From the NCBI GenBank assembly GCA_964345785.1, contig CAYFSR010000004.1, positions 1 to 44,856 on the forward strand: a stretch of 44,856 nt of DNA, read 5' to 3'. The stretch's first letter is position 1, and each line of letters begins with the position of its first letter. A program made the position numbers and the translations under genes. The stretch comes from an uncultured Eubacteriales bacterium. GTDB taxonomy: Bacteria; Bacillota; Clostridia; Caldicoprobacterales; DTU083. The notes beneath the pieces were generated by a model, which saw only the letters and a program-made list of their open reading frames with translations, was not told the DNA's origin and made no database searches. Shown here in pieces: positions 7,780-20,292 of the stretch.

Positions 7780-9528
7780 TTATTCCTCAATAGCTGCTTT
7801 TTGACTATTGATTGCTTTTATAATTTCCGGATCAAACTTAGGCTTCCTGTCATAGGTGTATAGACCATTTACTTCCTGCTCTATATCGTATAACTGAGTA
7901 TAGCAAAATGCACATACCCGTGGATGATTTAATAAGAGCTCTGTCAATCCTTTATAACGGGCCAGGAATTCTTCTTCACTTTTTGGTCTTGTGCCATAGC
8001 CCCAGCCTTTTTCATCACCGGGATTCCACCATATGCCACCGTATTCACTTACGAAGTATGGCTGTCCCTCATATTTCTGCCTATTCTCAAAGGTAACATA
8101 TGCACCATCGCTGGTTCTCATAGGTTCAAGTTTTTTGGCTAACGATTCAGGATTCTGATCGTAGTCATGTACATCAAATATATCTGTAGCAACATGGTAA
8201 TTACCGCTGGTGTCTATTACAGGACGAGTAGTATCAATTGCTTTCGTAATATTGTATACAATTCTCAGGACTTCATTATCCTGCTTTTTACCATCTATGT
8301 CCCATGTTTCATTAAAAGGGCACCAACCAACAATAGAAGGATGATTAAAGTCTCTTTCCAATACTTCCATCCATTCAGGTAGAAACTGTCTCAACCCCAT
8401 TGGAGTGTGAATATTCAAGCCCCAGTTGGCATGCTCTCCCCATACCAGATATCCCATTTTATCTGCCCAGTATAAGAACCTTGGTTCAAACACCTTCTCG
8501 TGTAATCTGGCTCCATTAAAACCTAAAGCTAAGGAGATTTCTATGTCTTTGCGCAAATCTTCATCACTTGGAGCAGTATAAATACCATCAGGGTAGAAGC
8601 CCTGGTCTAATACCAGTCTCTGAAATACAGGCTTTCCATTAATATTGATAACATCCTTGCCCAATGATACAGACCGCAAGCCAAAATAACTTGTAACCTT
8701 GTCAATAACTTTGTTGTCGTTTTCTACTCTCAAAATAAGATCATACAAGTTTGGAACTCCAGGCTCCCATAAATGCTTTTCCTCTAAGTCAATAGTAAGA
8801 CTGACCCGGTTGCCTGTAATAATGGCATTTGCTTGCCCTACTTTCCTGCCGTCATATGCAGCTTGAACCTTAAATGCCAAGCCATCGGTATTTCCTTTTA
8901 GCAGAGATTCAATATAAACAGATTGATTATTAGGATCAGGAATAACTTTGAAGGATGAAATATATTCTCTAGGAACGCGCTCTAGCCATACTGTCTGCCA
9001 AATACCAGTAGTCCTGGTATAATCACACCCTGCCTTGATAAAGTGATGCTCAGCCCTTTGTTTGCCCCTTGGCTGTAAGCCGGACCGTACATCATCTTCT
9101 GCATATACAGTAACTATATTTTCACCAGAACGTACATAATCGGTAATATCAAACGAAAAGGATGAGTATCCCCCTGCGTGTGTGCCAACTGAAGTACCAT
9201 TAACCCAAACTTCTGACTCATAATCGACTGCACCAAAGTGGATTAACACCTTACTACCAGCCCAATCATCGGGAATGATAAAACTTCGTCTATACCATAC
9301 AGCAGGTATAAAGTCTATGTATTCTATACCTGACAGCTTACTTTCAGGGCAAAAAGGAACTAGAATCGTACTCTTTAATTTGTCTTTTAGAAAAAGCTCT
9401 CTTTCCTTTCCGCTTTTTCCAAAATCCATCTCAAATTCCCAGCTGCCATTCAGATTAATCCAATCTTCCCTTACCATTTGAGGCCTAGGATATTCCGGCC
9501 GTGGTATATCAGTTCCATAGTTTTTCAT
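7780..9528 (-). CDS. Glycoside hydrolase family 2 (beta-galactosidase / beta-glucuronidase-like)
   Basis: GH2 hallmarks are present: the sugar-binding N-domain, NHPSIVGWCPFNE (acid/base Glu) and FVSEYGG (nucleophile Glu). The likely start is ATG 9528 (MKNYG...) behind a GGGGTGG RBS, not the GTG at 9567 used by the track. Confidence 0.8.
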   Translation of the reverse strand: MKNYGTDIPRPEYPRPQMVREDWINLNGSWEFEMDFGKSGKERELFLKDKLKSTILVPFCPESKLSGIEYIDFIPAVWYRRSFIIPDDWAGSKVLIHFGAVDYESEVWVNGTSVGTHAGGYSSFSFDITDYVRSGENIVTVYAEDDVRSGLQPRGKQRAEHHFIKAGCDYTRTTGIWQTVWLERVPREYISSFKVIPDPNNQSVYIESLLKGNTDGLAFKVQAAYDGRKVGQANAIITGNRVSLTIDLEEKHLWEPGVPNLYDLILRVENDNKVIDKVTSYFGLRSVSLGKDVININGKPVFQRLVLDQGFYPDGIYTAPSDEDLRKDIEISLALGFNGARLHEKVFEPRFLYWADKMGYLVWGEHANWGLNIHTPMGLRQFLPEWMEVLERDFNHPSIVGWCPFNETWDIDGKKQDNEVLRIVYNITKAIDTTRPVIDTSGNYHVATDIFDVHDYDQNPESLAKKLEPMRTSDGAYVTFENRQKYEGQPYFVSEYGGIWWNPGDEKGWGYGTRPKSEEEFLARYKGLTELLLNHPRVCAFCYTQLYDIEQEVNGLYTYDRKPKFDPEIIKAINSQKAAIEE

Positions 9529-9574
9529 AGACAAACACCCACCCCTTTTATTAATTTTACTGTCCACAGCCCAA

Positions 9575-9764
9575 GAAATAATAAATATATGTAACGAGCC
9601 TTTGCGGGAACGACTATCAATCTTAGCGAATATCAGCAGAAAATCCGTTAAGCAACTTCCGCCTGTTTGAACGCAGTGAGTTCGGAAGGTGTAGGATTTT
9701 CTGATGAGATGAGCTTTAGAGTGATTCGTGAGCGCAACAGTGAGTGGAATATATTTATTATTTC
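9575..9764 (+). repeat. About 190-bp long imperfect-palindrome element with perfect 16-bp terminal inverted repeats (MITE-like or structured RNA element)
   Basis: GAAATAATAAATATAT (9575-9590) is the exact reverse complement of ATATATTTATTATTTC (9749-9764). Nested internal arms are CAGCAGAAAATCC 9634-9646 / GGATTTTCTGATG 9694-9706 (12 of 13) and CTTCCG 9656-9661 / CGGAAG 9683-9688. A second copy lies at 1-45. Confidence 0.75.
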
Positions 9765-9788
9765 GACCTGACTAGCTGTGAACAGTAA

Positions 9789-10853
9789 TTATATTTTCTC
9801 AATCCATCCAAATTTATCTGCTTCTTTTCCATATTGGATACCAGTTACTCTATCATACAGCTTCTGGGATAGTTCACCCATTTCGCCACCGTTTATCTCT
9901 ATAATATTATCATTCCAGTTCATTACCCCTACTGGTGAAATTACAGCTGCAGTGCCGGTGCCAAATACTTCTTCTAATTCTCCAGCTTCGTGGGCATCAT
10001 ATACTTCCTGAATAGCCAGATGTCTTTCTTCAACTGTGTAGCCCATTTCTTCAGCCAATTCAATAACTGAATCCCTGGTAACACCACCTAATATCGTCCC
10101 ACTGTCCAATGGAGCTGTAATCAGCTTATTATTTATTTTGAAGAAGATATTCATTGTGCCAACTTCCTCAACATATTTACGCTCCTTGGCATCAAGCCAT
10201 AATACCTGAGTATAGCCCTTTTTCTGAGCTTCCTCTGCTGCGTACAGGCTAACCGCATAGTTCCCTGCGGTTTTTGTAAACCCTACTCCACCTTCAGATG
10301 CACGTACATATTTGTCAGTAACATAAATTTTAACAGGCTTTAGACCTTCTTTATAATATGCACCTACAGGAGATAGAATTATAAAAAACTTATAAGTATG
10401 AGAAGGACGTACCCCTAAATGGGGGTCAGTAGCTATAACGAAAGGCCTGATATATAAAGAAGTACCTTCTGTTTTAGGAATCCACTCTTTATCGATTTCA
10501 ATTAGCTTTCGTAATGCTTCCCATACTAGATTTTCATCTAATTGTGGGATACATAACCTTTCAGCAGAACGGTTTAGTCTCTTAATATTGGCAAAGGGTC
10601 GGTAAGCTACCGCTTCTCCATCCTTATTCAGATAAGCTTTCATACCTTCGAAAATAGCCTGTCCATAGTGGAATACCATGCAAGATGGCTCTACTTCAAA
10701 AGGTCCATAAGGAATAATTCGGGGATCGTACCATCCTTTGTCCACATCATAGTCTACAACAAACATATGATCTGTAAAATATTTACCAAATCCCAGTTCA
10801 TTATCATTGGGTTTGGATTTTGGGTTTTTAATTTTTTCCACTCTAATATCCAT
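9789..10853 (-). CDS. ilvE: Branched-chain-amino-acid aminotransferase (fold type IV PLP enzyme)
   Basis: About 354 aa with motifs FEGMKAY, SLYIRP and KTAGNYAVSL. ATG 10853 (MDIRVEK) is preceded by GGAGG at proper spacing; the track start at 10868 overlaps the RBS. Confidence 0.88.
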   Translation of the reverse strand: MDIRVEKIKNPKSKPNDNELGFGKYFTDHMFVVDYDVDKGWYDPRIIPYGPFEVEPSCMVFHYGQAIFEGMKAYLNKDGEAVAYRPFANIKRLNRSAERLCIPQLDENLVWEALRKLIEIDKEWIPKTEGTSLYIRPFVIATDPHLGVRPSHTYKFFIILSPVGAYYKEGLKPVKIYVTDKYVRASEGGVGFTKTAGNYAVSLYAAEEAQKKGYTQVLWLDAKERKYVEEVGTMNIFFKINNKLITAPLDSGTILGGVTRDSVIELAEEMGYTVEERHLAIQEVYDAHEAGELEEVFGTGTAAVISPVGVMNWNDNIIEINGGEMGELSQKLYDRVTGIQYGKEADKFGWIEKI

Positions 10854-10942
10854 GCTGCATTCCTCCATAAATATTTATCATAACTGCCAAATTATAAAAT
10901 TTCTCTTACAGTAGTAATGCTAAAGGCAGTTAATTTTTTCTC

Positions 10943-13582
10943 TTAAATATCTTCGTCTTCCTCATTTTCACCTAAGATTTCTTCCCCGTCTTCCGCCTCA
11001 GCCCGTTCTAACAATCTATCAAGCGATGTATCACCTGTCATATCCGTATCATCTGAGTCCTGTTTTGAAGCTTCATTGCTAAAGGGTAACACAATACCAT
11101 CGCTTGTTTCTTCAGTGGTCACTTCTGATACTACCCCTTTGTCTTCTAATTCTTCTTCTTTTTTAGCCTTTGCAACAGAAACAATATGGTTACCATTTTC
11201 CATTCTCATTAGGGTTACACCTTGAGTATTACGACTTTGTTTGGATATGCTTTGAACATCAATTCTAATTATTACTCCATTAGAATTGATTATTATCAAA
11301 TCCTCTTCTCCATTTACCACCTTCAAAGCAGCTAAGTCACCAGTTTTAGGAGTAATGTTCATGGTCTTAATTCCAACACCGCCACGAGTTTGGACACGAT
11401 ATTCTTCTTCATGAGTACGCTTCCCAAAACCATTTTCACTGATGGTTAGTATGTCTGAGCCTTCTATAACTCGTTCCATTTCTATTACATAGTCGCCATC
11501 TCTAAGATTCATGCTCTTTACACCCATAGCTGTGCGCCCCATTGACCTTACGTCACCTTCGTGGAAGCGTATGGACATACCATTATGAGAAGCCATGATG
11601 ACTTCTTGTTTTCCGTCGGTCAGTATGGCGCCAATTAGCTCATCTTCTTCACGGAGAGTAATTGCTATGAGTCCACCTTTACGTATGTTTGCAAAATCTT
11701 TCAATGGAGTTTTCTTTATCAAACCATTTCTAGTGCCCATAAACAAGTACATATCCATATCAAAGTGTTCATCTTTGACAGGAATAAAGGCTTCTATTTT
11801 TTCACCTGACTCCAATTGCAGCAGATTGATAATAGCAGTTCCTTTTCCTTGTCTACTGGCCTCTGGAATTTCATATGCCTTAAGCTCGTAAGCCTTACCC
11901 TTCGAAGAGAAGAATAGCAAGCGCTGGTGAGTAGAAGTTACAAATAAGTCTTCAATGAAATCTTCCTCACGGGTTTGCAGGCCTGTAATTCCTCTTCCCC
12001 CTCGGTGTTGAGTCTTATAAGTGCTTAAAGGAGTACGCTTAACATAGCCGTAATGGGTTAATGTAACCACAACATCATGCTCATCAATAAGATCTTCCAC
12101 ATCAATTTCACCTTCATATGGGATGATCTCAGTTCGTCTTTCGTCGTTGTATCTATTTTTAATAGCAAGAAGCTCATCTTTAATGATGCCCATGAGCATG
12201 GACTCATTCTGCAAAATATCATTGAGGTACTGGATGGTGTCTTGCAGCTCATCATACTCATTTTGAATCTTTTCTCTTTCAAGACCTGTAAGCCTTTGTA
12301 AACGCATATCTAAAATCGCCTGAGCTTGCTTATCAGACAAATTAAATTGGGTCATTAGGCCTTCTTTAGCCTCTGCTGTGGTACGTGAGCCGCGAATTAA
12401 ACTGATAACTGCATCTATTTTATCAAGTGCAATTAACAAACCTTCTAAAATATGTGCTCTAGCTTCTGCTCTTTCCAACTCATATCGAGTCCGCCTGGTA
12501 AGAACATCCTTCTGATGGTTGATATAATGAACCAGCATCTCCTTGATGTTCATTATTTTAGGCTCGTTATTATGAAGAGCAATCATAATTACCCCAAAGG
12601 TATCCTGTAACTGGGTATGCTTATATAGATAGTTGAGCACTACATTTGGGTTTACATCCCTTTTTAGCTCTATAACAATGGACATTCCGCTTCTATCTGA
12701 TTCATCACGAATATCAGAAATACCTTCTAATCTCTTATCTTTAACTAATTCTGCAATATTTTCTATTAATTTAGCCTTATTAACCTGATAGGGAATTTCA
12801 GTAACGACGATTCGAGATCGATTATTAGACATCTCTTGAATATCTGTTCTCGCCCTCATTAGGATGCGGCCTCTACCAGTTCGATAAGCTTCTCGAATAC
12901 CTGATCTACCAAGTATTAATGCACCTGTTGGGAAATCTGGACCAGTTATAATACGAATCAACTCATCTAAATTAACCTCTGGATTATCTATAATTGCAAT
13001 GGTACCATCAATAACCTCTCCCATATTGTGGGGAGGTATATTTGTAGCCATACCGACGGCGATACCCGACGAGCCGTTTACCAGTAAATTTGGAAAGCGT
13101 GCAGGTAAAACAACTGGCTCCTTTAAGGACTCATCAAAGTTAGGCATGAAATCTACTGTATCTTTTCCGAGATCCGCCATTATTTCTCCTGTAATTTTTG
13201 CCATGCGAGCCTCAGTGTAACGCATAGCTGCGGGAGAATCACCGTCAACAGAACCAAAATTTCCATGGCCGTCGATTAATGGGTATCGGATTGAGAAATC
13301 CTGTGCCATACGCACCATAGCATCATAAACCGCTGTATCTCCGTGAGGATGGTATTTACCTAAAACGTCACCGACGATTCTGGCAGACTTTCGATAAGGT
13401 TTATCGGAAGTCATTCCCAATTCATGCATGGAATACAAGATTCGTCTATGTACAGGCTTTAAACCGTCACGAACATCAGGAAGGGCTCGTCCTACAATAA
13501 CACTCATAGCGTAGTCTATATAAGACTTTTTCATTTCCTCTTCCAGATTAACATTTAATATTGTTTGATTCACAGAATCCAT
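10943..13582 (-). CDS. gyrA: DNA gyrase subunit A
   Basis: 879 aa with the active-site motif [10 protein letters not shown] and a QRDR-like [10 protein letters not shown]. The C-terminal beta-pinwheel is followed by a roughly 70-aa acidic tail. Confidence 0.97.
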   Translation of the reverse strand: MDSVNQTILNVNLEEEMKKSYIDYAMSVIVGRALPDVRDGLKPVHRRILYSMHELGMTSDKPYRKSARIVGDVLGKYHPHGDTAVYDAMVRMAQDFSIRYPLIDGHGNFGSVDGDSPAAMRYTEARMAKITGEIMADLGKDTVDFMPNFDESLKEPVVLPARFPNLLVNGSSGIAVGMATNIPPHNMGEVIDGTIAIIDNPEVNLDELIRIITGPDFPTGALILGRSGIREAYRTGRGRILMRARTDIQEMSNNRSRIVVTEIPYQVNKAKLIENIAELVKDKRLEGISDIRDESDRSGMSIVIELKRDVNPNVVLNYLYKHTQLQDTFGVIMIALHNNEPKIMNIKEMLVHYINHQKDVLTRRTRYELERAEARAHILEGLLIALDKIDAVISLIRGSRTTAEAKEGLMTQFNLSDKQAQAILDMRLQRLTGLEREKIQNEYDELQDTIQYLNDILQNESMLMGIIKDELLAIKNRYNDERRTEIIPYEGEIDVEDLIDEHDVVVTLTHYGYVKRTPLSTYKTQHRGGRGITGLQTREEDFIEDLFVTSTHQRLLFFSSKGKAYELKAYEIPEASRQGKGTAIINLLQLESGEKIEAFIPVKDEHFDMDMYLFMGTRNGLIKKTPLKDFANIRKGGLIAITLREEDELIGAILTDGKQEVIMASHNGMSIRFHEGDVRSMGRTAMGVKSMNLRDGDYVIEMERVIEGSDILTISENGFGKRTHEEEYRVQTRGGVGIKTMNITPKTGDLAALKVVNGEEDLIIINSNGVIIRIDVQSISKQSRNTQGVTLMRMENGNHIVSVAKAKKEEELEDKGVVSEVTTEETSDGIVLPFSNEASKQDSDDTDMTGDTSLDRLLERAEAEDGEEILGENEEDEDI

Positions 13583-13598
13583 TTATCCTTATTCCCCT

Positions 13599-15811
<2,213 letters not shown>

Positions 15812-15864
15812 ACCGTCCAATCCTCCCTAACATTATAACACTCTTATTATATCCTATTTTTGGT

Positions 15865-16998
15865 TTAGTTAAAAGGATTGCTTTCAATTGGAAGTGCCCT
15901 TCCTGAATTAATATGAAAAACCTGTCTGCTTTTGCCTTTAAGATCAGGAATTTGATCCAGATCCGTTAAAGTTATAAAGGTTTGTACCTTATCGATATAT
16001 TTTAGTATCATTTTTTGTCTTGAGGAATCCAGCTCGGACATAGCATCATCTAATAAAAGCAAGGGATATTCCCCTGTTTCCTGAGCCATAAACTCTAATT
16101 CAGACAATTTTAGTGATAGTACAGTTGTCCTTTTTTGCCCTTGTGAACCAAAAGTTCTGACATCTATTCCATTTATCTGAAAAACTATATCATCTCTATG
16201 ACAACCACGGCTGGTAGTCCCTCTTTCTATATCATCCTCATGCTTACGCTCTAATTCTTTAAGGAAACTCTCCTGTATTTCTTCCTGGCTTGCTGCCTCT
16301 TTGTTAGAAGGAATTGACGATTTATATACAACAGATAATTCTTCTGCACCGTGGGTAATTTGCTTATGTATTTCTTCTGCAATAATTTGCAGCGCATCAC
16401 AAAATAATCGTCTTTGCATTATGATATAGCTGCCAGCTGCTACTAACTGTTTATCCCAAACAGGCAAGGTATCCGTAAGAGACGGTTTATATGGAATCTC
16501 TTTAAGCAAACGATTTCTTTGGGTTAAAACCCTATTATATTGCTGTAAATGGTAAAAGTATTTCGGTTTCACCTGAGACAATTCCATGTCCATAAAGCGC
16601 CTCCGCTCTTGGGGCCCTTCACGGACAAGTTTTAAGTCCTCAGGAGAAAACATTACTGAATTTAAGTGCCCCATCAATTCTCCCATTCTTTCAGCAGGGC
16701 TTTGGTTGATGAGGATCTTTTTTTTGTCAGTATTAGAAAGTCCAATGGCAATTTCACTGGCCCCTAATTGTTTATTTACCTTAGTTCGAATCAGTGCCTC
16801 TTCTTTACCCCACTGTATAAGTTCTCTATCCCTAGGCGTACGATGAGAACGACCTGTGCAAGATAAAAATATGGACTCTAAGATGTTTGTTTTACCCTGG
16901 GCATTGGAGCCTATAAAGCATATTAGGTCCCCATTAAAGGAAAGTGCAAGATGATCATAATTTCTATAATTGCTGAGAAATAATTCCGTAAGCTGCAA
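15865..16998 (-). CDS. recF: DNA replication and repair protein RecF
   Basis: Walker A GSNAQGKTN, LSNYRNY near the N-terminus, the signature GSQGQKRT and Walker B LLLDDAMSELD. The start is ambiguous: TTG 16998 has better RBS spacing than the GTG 17007 given in the track. Confidence 0.9.
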   Translation of the reverse strand: MQLTELFLSNYRNYDHLALSFNGDLICFIGSNAQGKTNILESIFLSCTGRSHRTPRDRELIQWGKEEALIRTKVNKQLGASEIAIGLSNTDKKKILINQSPAERMGELMGHLNSVMFSPEDLKLVREGPQERRRFMDMELSQVKPKYFYHLQQYNRVLTQRNRLLKEIPYKPSLTDTLPVWDKQLVAAGSYIIMQRRLFCDALQIIAEEIHKQITHGAEELSVVYKSSIPSNKEAASQEEIQESFLKELERKHEDDIERGTTSRGCHRDDIVFQINGIDVRTFGSQGQKRTTVLSLKLSELEFMAQETGEYPLLLLDDAMSELDSSRQKMILKYIDKVQTFITLTDLDQIPDLKGKSRQVFHINSGRALPIESNPFN

Positions 16999-17013
16999 AG
17001 CAAGCACCCTCTC

Positions 17014-17223
17014 CTATTCTATAAGAAAGCTTCCCACCTGCTCTACTTCTACCATATCCCCGGCATGAATCTTCCTTCCTTTTCTTAGCTCGGTTTCACC
17101 GTTTACCTTTACCAATCCTTCTGTAATAAAGTGATTGGCTGCACCACCAGACTCTACTACATTCATCCATTTCAAAAGCTGGTTTAGCTTTATATATTCC
17201 GTATTAATTTTAATTTTTTCCAT
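17014..17223 (-). CDS. yaaA: S4-domain RNA-binding protein YaaA/RlbA
   Basis: About 69 aa. The motif IKLNQLLKW...GGAANHFI...VKVNGE is typical of the small S4-like protein found between dnaN and recF. AAGGTGG RBS lies 8 nt before ATG 17223. Confidence 0.8.
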   Translation of the reverse strand: MEKIKINTEYIKLNQLLKWMNVVESGGAANHFITEGLVKVNGETELRKGRKIHAGDMVEVEQVGSFLIE

Positions 17224-17369
17224 AGTTATTTCCACCTTATAACAAATATATAAGTCGCACTACGTTAAGACGCCCACTTCTATAAGTGGCGCGCTCACTC
17301 TTATTAATTCAGGTGGAGTAGAGTTTCCATCTGAATCCCCGATGTTTTGCTAGAAGCAAAACGAGTTCA

Positions 17370-18473
17370 CTAGACAAAAATCCTCACAGGAAGGAGTAGA
17401 TAGGTATAGTCATTTCCTTTAATAGGTCTAATTACACAAGGACTTACACTAGTGGTAAAATCTAGACATATTTCCTGATCCTCTAATACCTTAAGCATAT
17501 CCATAAAATAACGGGCATTAAAAGCAATCTCAAGATCCTTACCTTCCTGTATAATTGGAATTTCTTCATAAACCTGACCCGATTCTGAATTAGAGGTAAT
17601 GACCATTTTCTGATCTTGTAGTGATAATTTGATTAGATTATTTTTACCTTCCCTAGCTATGAGAGAGGCTCTATCAATACTGTCTGCTAAAATTTTCATA
17701 TCTACTTTGACCCTTGTCTTATAATCTTCAGGAATAATCTGCTTGTAATTGATATACTCCCCTTCCAGTACTCGAGAAACTATTCGGGTATATCCCATGT
17801 CAAATAAAACATGTCGATCAGATACTGTAATGCTAATCTTTTGATCATCTTCATCCATGATCTTGCCAACTTCCTGAAGTGACTTACCAGGAATAATAAC
17901 TTTTCTGTTTTCATGAGGAGTATCCAACTTACCTTTTCTTAAGCCAAGGCGATAACCATCAAGACATACCATAGTAACTTGATTATCTTCTACTTCCATA
18001 AGAGCACCGGTAAGAATAGGACGAGCCTCATCTACAGCTACTGCAAAGATGGTCTCCCGAATCATTTTACTAAGAAGCATTTTGCTTATTTCTATAGGCT
18101 GGTTTTCACTTATGTCAGGTAATGAAGGAAATTCATCTGAAGCAAAACCCTGAAGGGTTACAATAGAATTCAAGCAGGAGAATTTTACGCTATTATTAGC
18201 TTGTACAGTTACTTCCATTTCAGCATTAGGCAAGCGACGTACTACTTCAGAGAGCAAACGTGAAGGTACAACGACACTACCTTCTTGAATGATGTTAGCC
18301 TCCATATGGCTTTCAATGGCTAAATCAAGATTGTTGCCCAATAATCGGATGACATCTTTTTGGGTCTCTATAAGGATGCCTTCTAGTATGGGCATGCTGG
18401 TTCTGGTGGACACTGCTTTTTGTACGGTAAGGATGACTTCCAAAAAAATATTTTGGGAACATGTGAATTTCAT
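17370..18473 (-). CDS. dnaN: DNA polymerase III beta sliding clamp
   Basis: 367 aa with the MKF...ILEGILIE N-terminus and three-domain length. AGGAGG RBS. It sits directly downstream of dnaA. Confidence 0.95.
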   Translation of the reverse strand: MKFTCSQNIFLEVILTVQKAVSTRTSMPILEGILIETQKDVIRLLGNNLDLAIESHMEANIIQEGSVVVPSRLLSEVVRRLPNAEMEVTVQANNSVKFSCLNSIVTLQGFASDEFPSLPDISENQPIEISKMLLSKMIRETIFAVAVDEARPILTGALMEVEDNQVTMVCLDGYRLGLRKGKLDTPHENRKVIIPGKSLQEVGKIMDEDDQKISITVSDRHVLFDMGYTRIVSRVLEGEYINYKQIIPEDYKTRVKVDMKILADSIDRASLIAREGKNNLIKLSLQDQKMVITSNSESGQVYEEIPIIQEGKDLEIAFNARYFMDMLKVLEDQEICLDFTTSVSPCVIRPIKGNDYTYLLLPVRIFV

Positions 18474-18640
18474 GGTATACCTCCTGTTATTATTGCATAT
18501 ACTAATAAGTTAGTAGTAATAGTAGTAGGGGCTGTGGAAATGTGTATTTTGGTGTCGAAAGAAGTAACACTCCCGTTCCCCATGTGGATACTTTGTGGAT
18601 GTTTTGTATTTCTGATAGATAAACTATCCACAATAATTGT
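18474..18640. other. oriC: oriC, dnaA-dnaN half: AT-rich unwinding region, DnaA-trio-like TAG repeats, a GC cluster and DnaA boxes
   Basis: The AT-rich stretch is 18487-18510. TAGTAGTAATAGTAGTAG is at 18511-18528, followed by GGGGC. The boxes are TGTGGAAAT 18533-18541, TGTGGATAC 18583-18591, TGTGGATGT 18594-18602 and CTATCCACA 18624-18632. Confidence 0.75.
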
Positions 18641-19972
18641 TTATTGTTCGTTGATTCTTTTAGTGAGTTCGTTTATAGCACGCTTTACCTGTAAATCAGA
18701 CTCCATGGAAGTGGAAATCTTGTCGCAGGCATGAATTACAGTAGTGTGATCACGACCGCCAAATACCTCACCAATTTTAGGAAGAGACATATCTGTAAGC
18801 TCCCGGCAAAGATACATTGCAATTTGCCTAGGATAAGCTATGGGACGGTTACGTTTCTTGGACTTCATATCCTCAATTTTCATCTGAAAATGTTCAGCTA
18901 CAACCTTTTGTATTAACTCAGGTGTAATTTTTCGAGGCCTGTGATTTGAGATAATATCTTTCAGGGCTTCGTCAGCTGTAGCTACATCCAAGTTGCTACC
19001 AGTCAAGGATGAATAGGCCATAATGCGGGTTAAAGCGCCTTCAAGCTCACGGATATTGGATTCAATCCTCTTGGCTACAAAGGCTAGAACCTCATCATCC
19101 ACTTCAAGGTTTTCCAAATCAGCTTTCTTTTTTAAAATGGCTATACGAGTTTCCAAATCCGGAGGCTGAATATCCGTAATTAAGCCCCATTCAAATCGGG
19201 AACGCAGTCGGTCTTCCAATGTAGGTATTTCCTTAGGAGGGCGGTCACTGGAAATAATAATTTGTTTATTGGCTTCATGTAGAGCATTAAATGTGTGGAA
19301 AAACTCTTCCTGAGTACTTTCCTTACCAGCAATAAACTGTATATCGTCAATGAGTAGAACATCTACATTTCGATAGCGGTTGCGAAATTCTACATTCTTG
19401 TTGGTTTGAATGGAGTTGATAAGCTCATTAGTAAACTTCTCAGATGTTACATATAGGACCTTTGATTTTTTGTTGCGGGAAAGTATGGCATGTCCAATAG
19501 CATGCATTAAGTGAGTTTTCCCCAGCCCAACTCCTCCATATATAAAAAGAGGGTTGTATGCCTTAGCAGGAGATTCTGATACTGCTAATGAGGCCGCATG
19601 AGCAAATCGATTGCTATTTCCAATAACAAAGGTGTCAAAGGTGTATTTTGGATTCAAATGGCCATATACTCTAGCTTCCTCTCCCTCAGCTTTCTCTGGC
19701 TTATCCATATATTTGTCAGCTTCATTAGTCAGAACAAAAGATATGTAGTAAGGCTTTGAAGAAATCTGCTTTACTGCATTTGAAATGAGGCTGGTATACC
19801 TCCCCTCTAAAATGCTTTTTGTAAAATCGTTAGGAACACAAAGATAAAATTGATCTCCTTTAATTGACACCGGTTCTATAGCCTTAATCCAGGTGTCGAA
19901 ACTGACATCAGTGATTTCATTCCGCACCAGCTGAAGAGTTTTCTGCCATAGATCCATTAGATAACTATCCAT
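18641..19972 (-). CDS. dnaA: Chromosomal replication initiator protein DnaA
   Basis: Walker [14 protein letters not shown]+ domain III, and the domain IV DnaA signature [10 protein letters not shown]...[14 protein letters not shown] 19972 ([10 protein letters not shown]) follows AGGAGG at a 6-nt spacing. The 29-codon upstream extension in the track lacks an RBS and looks non-coding. Confidence 0.96.
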   Translation of the reverse strand: MDSYLMDLWQKTLQLVRNEITDVSFDTWIKAIEPVSIKGDQFYLCVPNDFTKSILEGRYTSLISNAVKQISSKPYYISFVLTNEADKYMDKPEKAEGEEARVYGHLNPKYTFDTFVIGNSNRFAHAASLAVSESPAKAYNPLFIYGGVGLGKTHLMHAIGHAILSRNKKSKVLYVTSEKFTNELINSIQTNKNVEFRNRYRNVDVLLIDDIQFIAGKESTQEEFFHTFNALHEANKQIIISSDRPPKEIPTLEDRLRSRFEWGLITDIQPPDLETRIAILKKKADLENLEVDDEVLAFVAKRIESNIRELEGALTRIMAYSSLTGSNLDVATADEALKDIISNHRPRKITPELIQKVVAEHFQMKIEDMKSKKRNRPIAYPRQIAMYLCRELTDMSLPKIGEVFGGRDHTTVIHACDKISTSMESDLQVKRAINELTKRINEQ

Positions 19973-20094
19973 TACAAACCTCCTACAAAGAAAAAACCAA
20001 AATAATAGAATAAAATTGCTGTACAGTAGACTGGCTTTGCACAGCATTAAAAAATACATAAGGCTGGGATAAAAAGATCAACCTTATGGAATAC

Positions 20095-20292
20095 TTATAC
20101 ACAAGTTTATCGATTAAAATTAACAATGTCAACAGGATGTAAAGACTCAAAAAACAATTAAGAGCTTAAATTATTGGCTAGTTATACACAATCATATCCA
20201 CAGCTGTGAATAACTTTCCAAAAGAACCTACTATTATTATAGTGTAGAAGTTATCAACAGTAAAGGAGAATTTACTAGAAATCTGTGGATTG
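20095..20292. promoter_or_regulatory. oriC: oriC, upstream half: DnaA-box cluster between dnaA and rpmH
   Basis: The boxes are TTATACACA 20095-20103 and 20182-20190, ATATCCACA 20194-20202, TGTGAATAA 20205-20213 (rc TTATTCACA), TTATCAACA 20251-20259 and TGTGGATTG 20284-20292. All are 1-2 mismatch variants. Confidence 0.75.

Noticed and set aside
19973-20059. 29-codon N-terminal extension of dnaA in the ORF track ([16 protein letters not shown]...)
   Set aside because: The extension is hydrophobic junk with no RBS. A perfect AGGAGG precedes ATG 19972 and yields the canonical DnaA N-terminus, and the extension lies in origin DNA.
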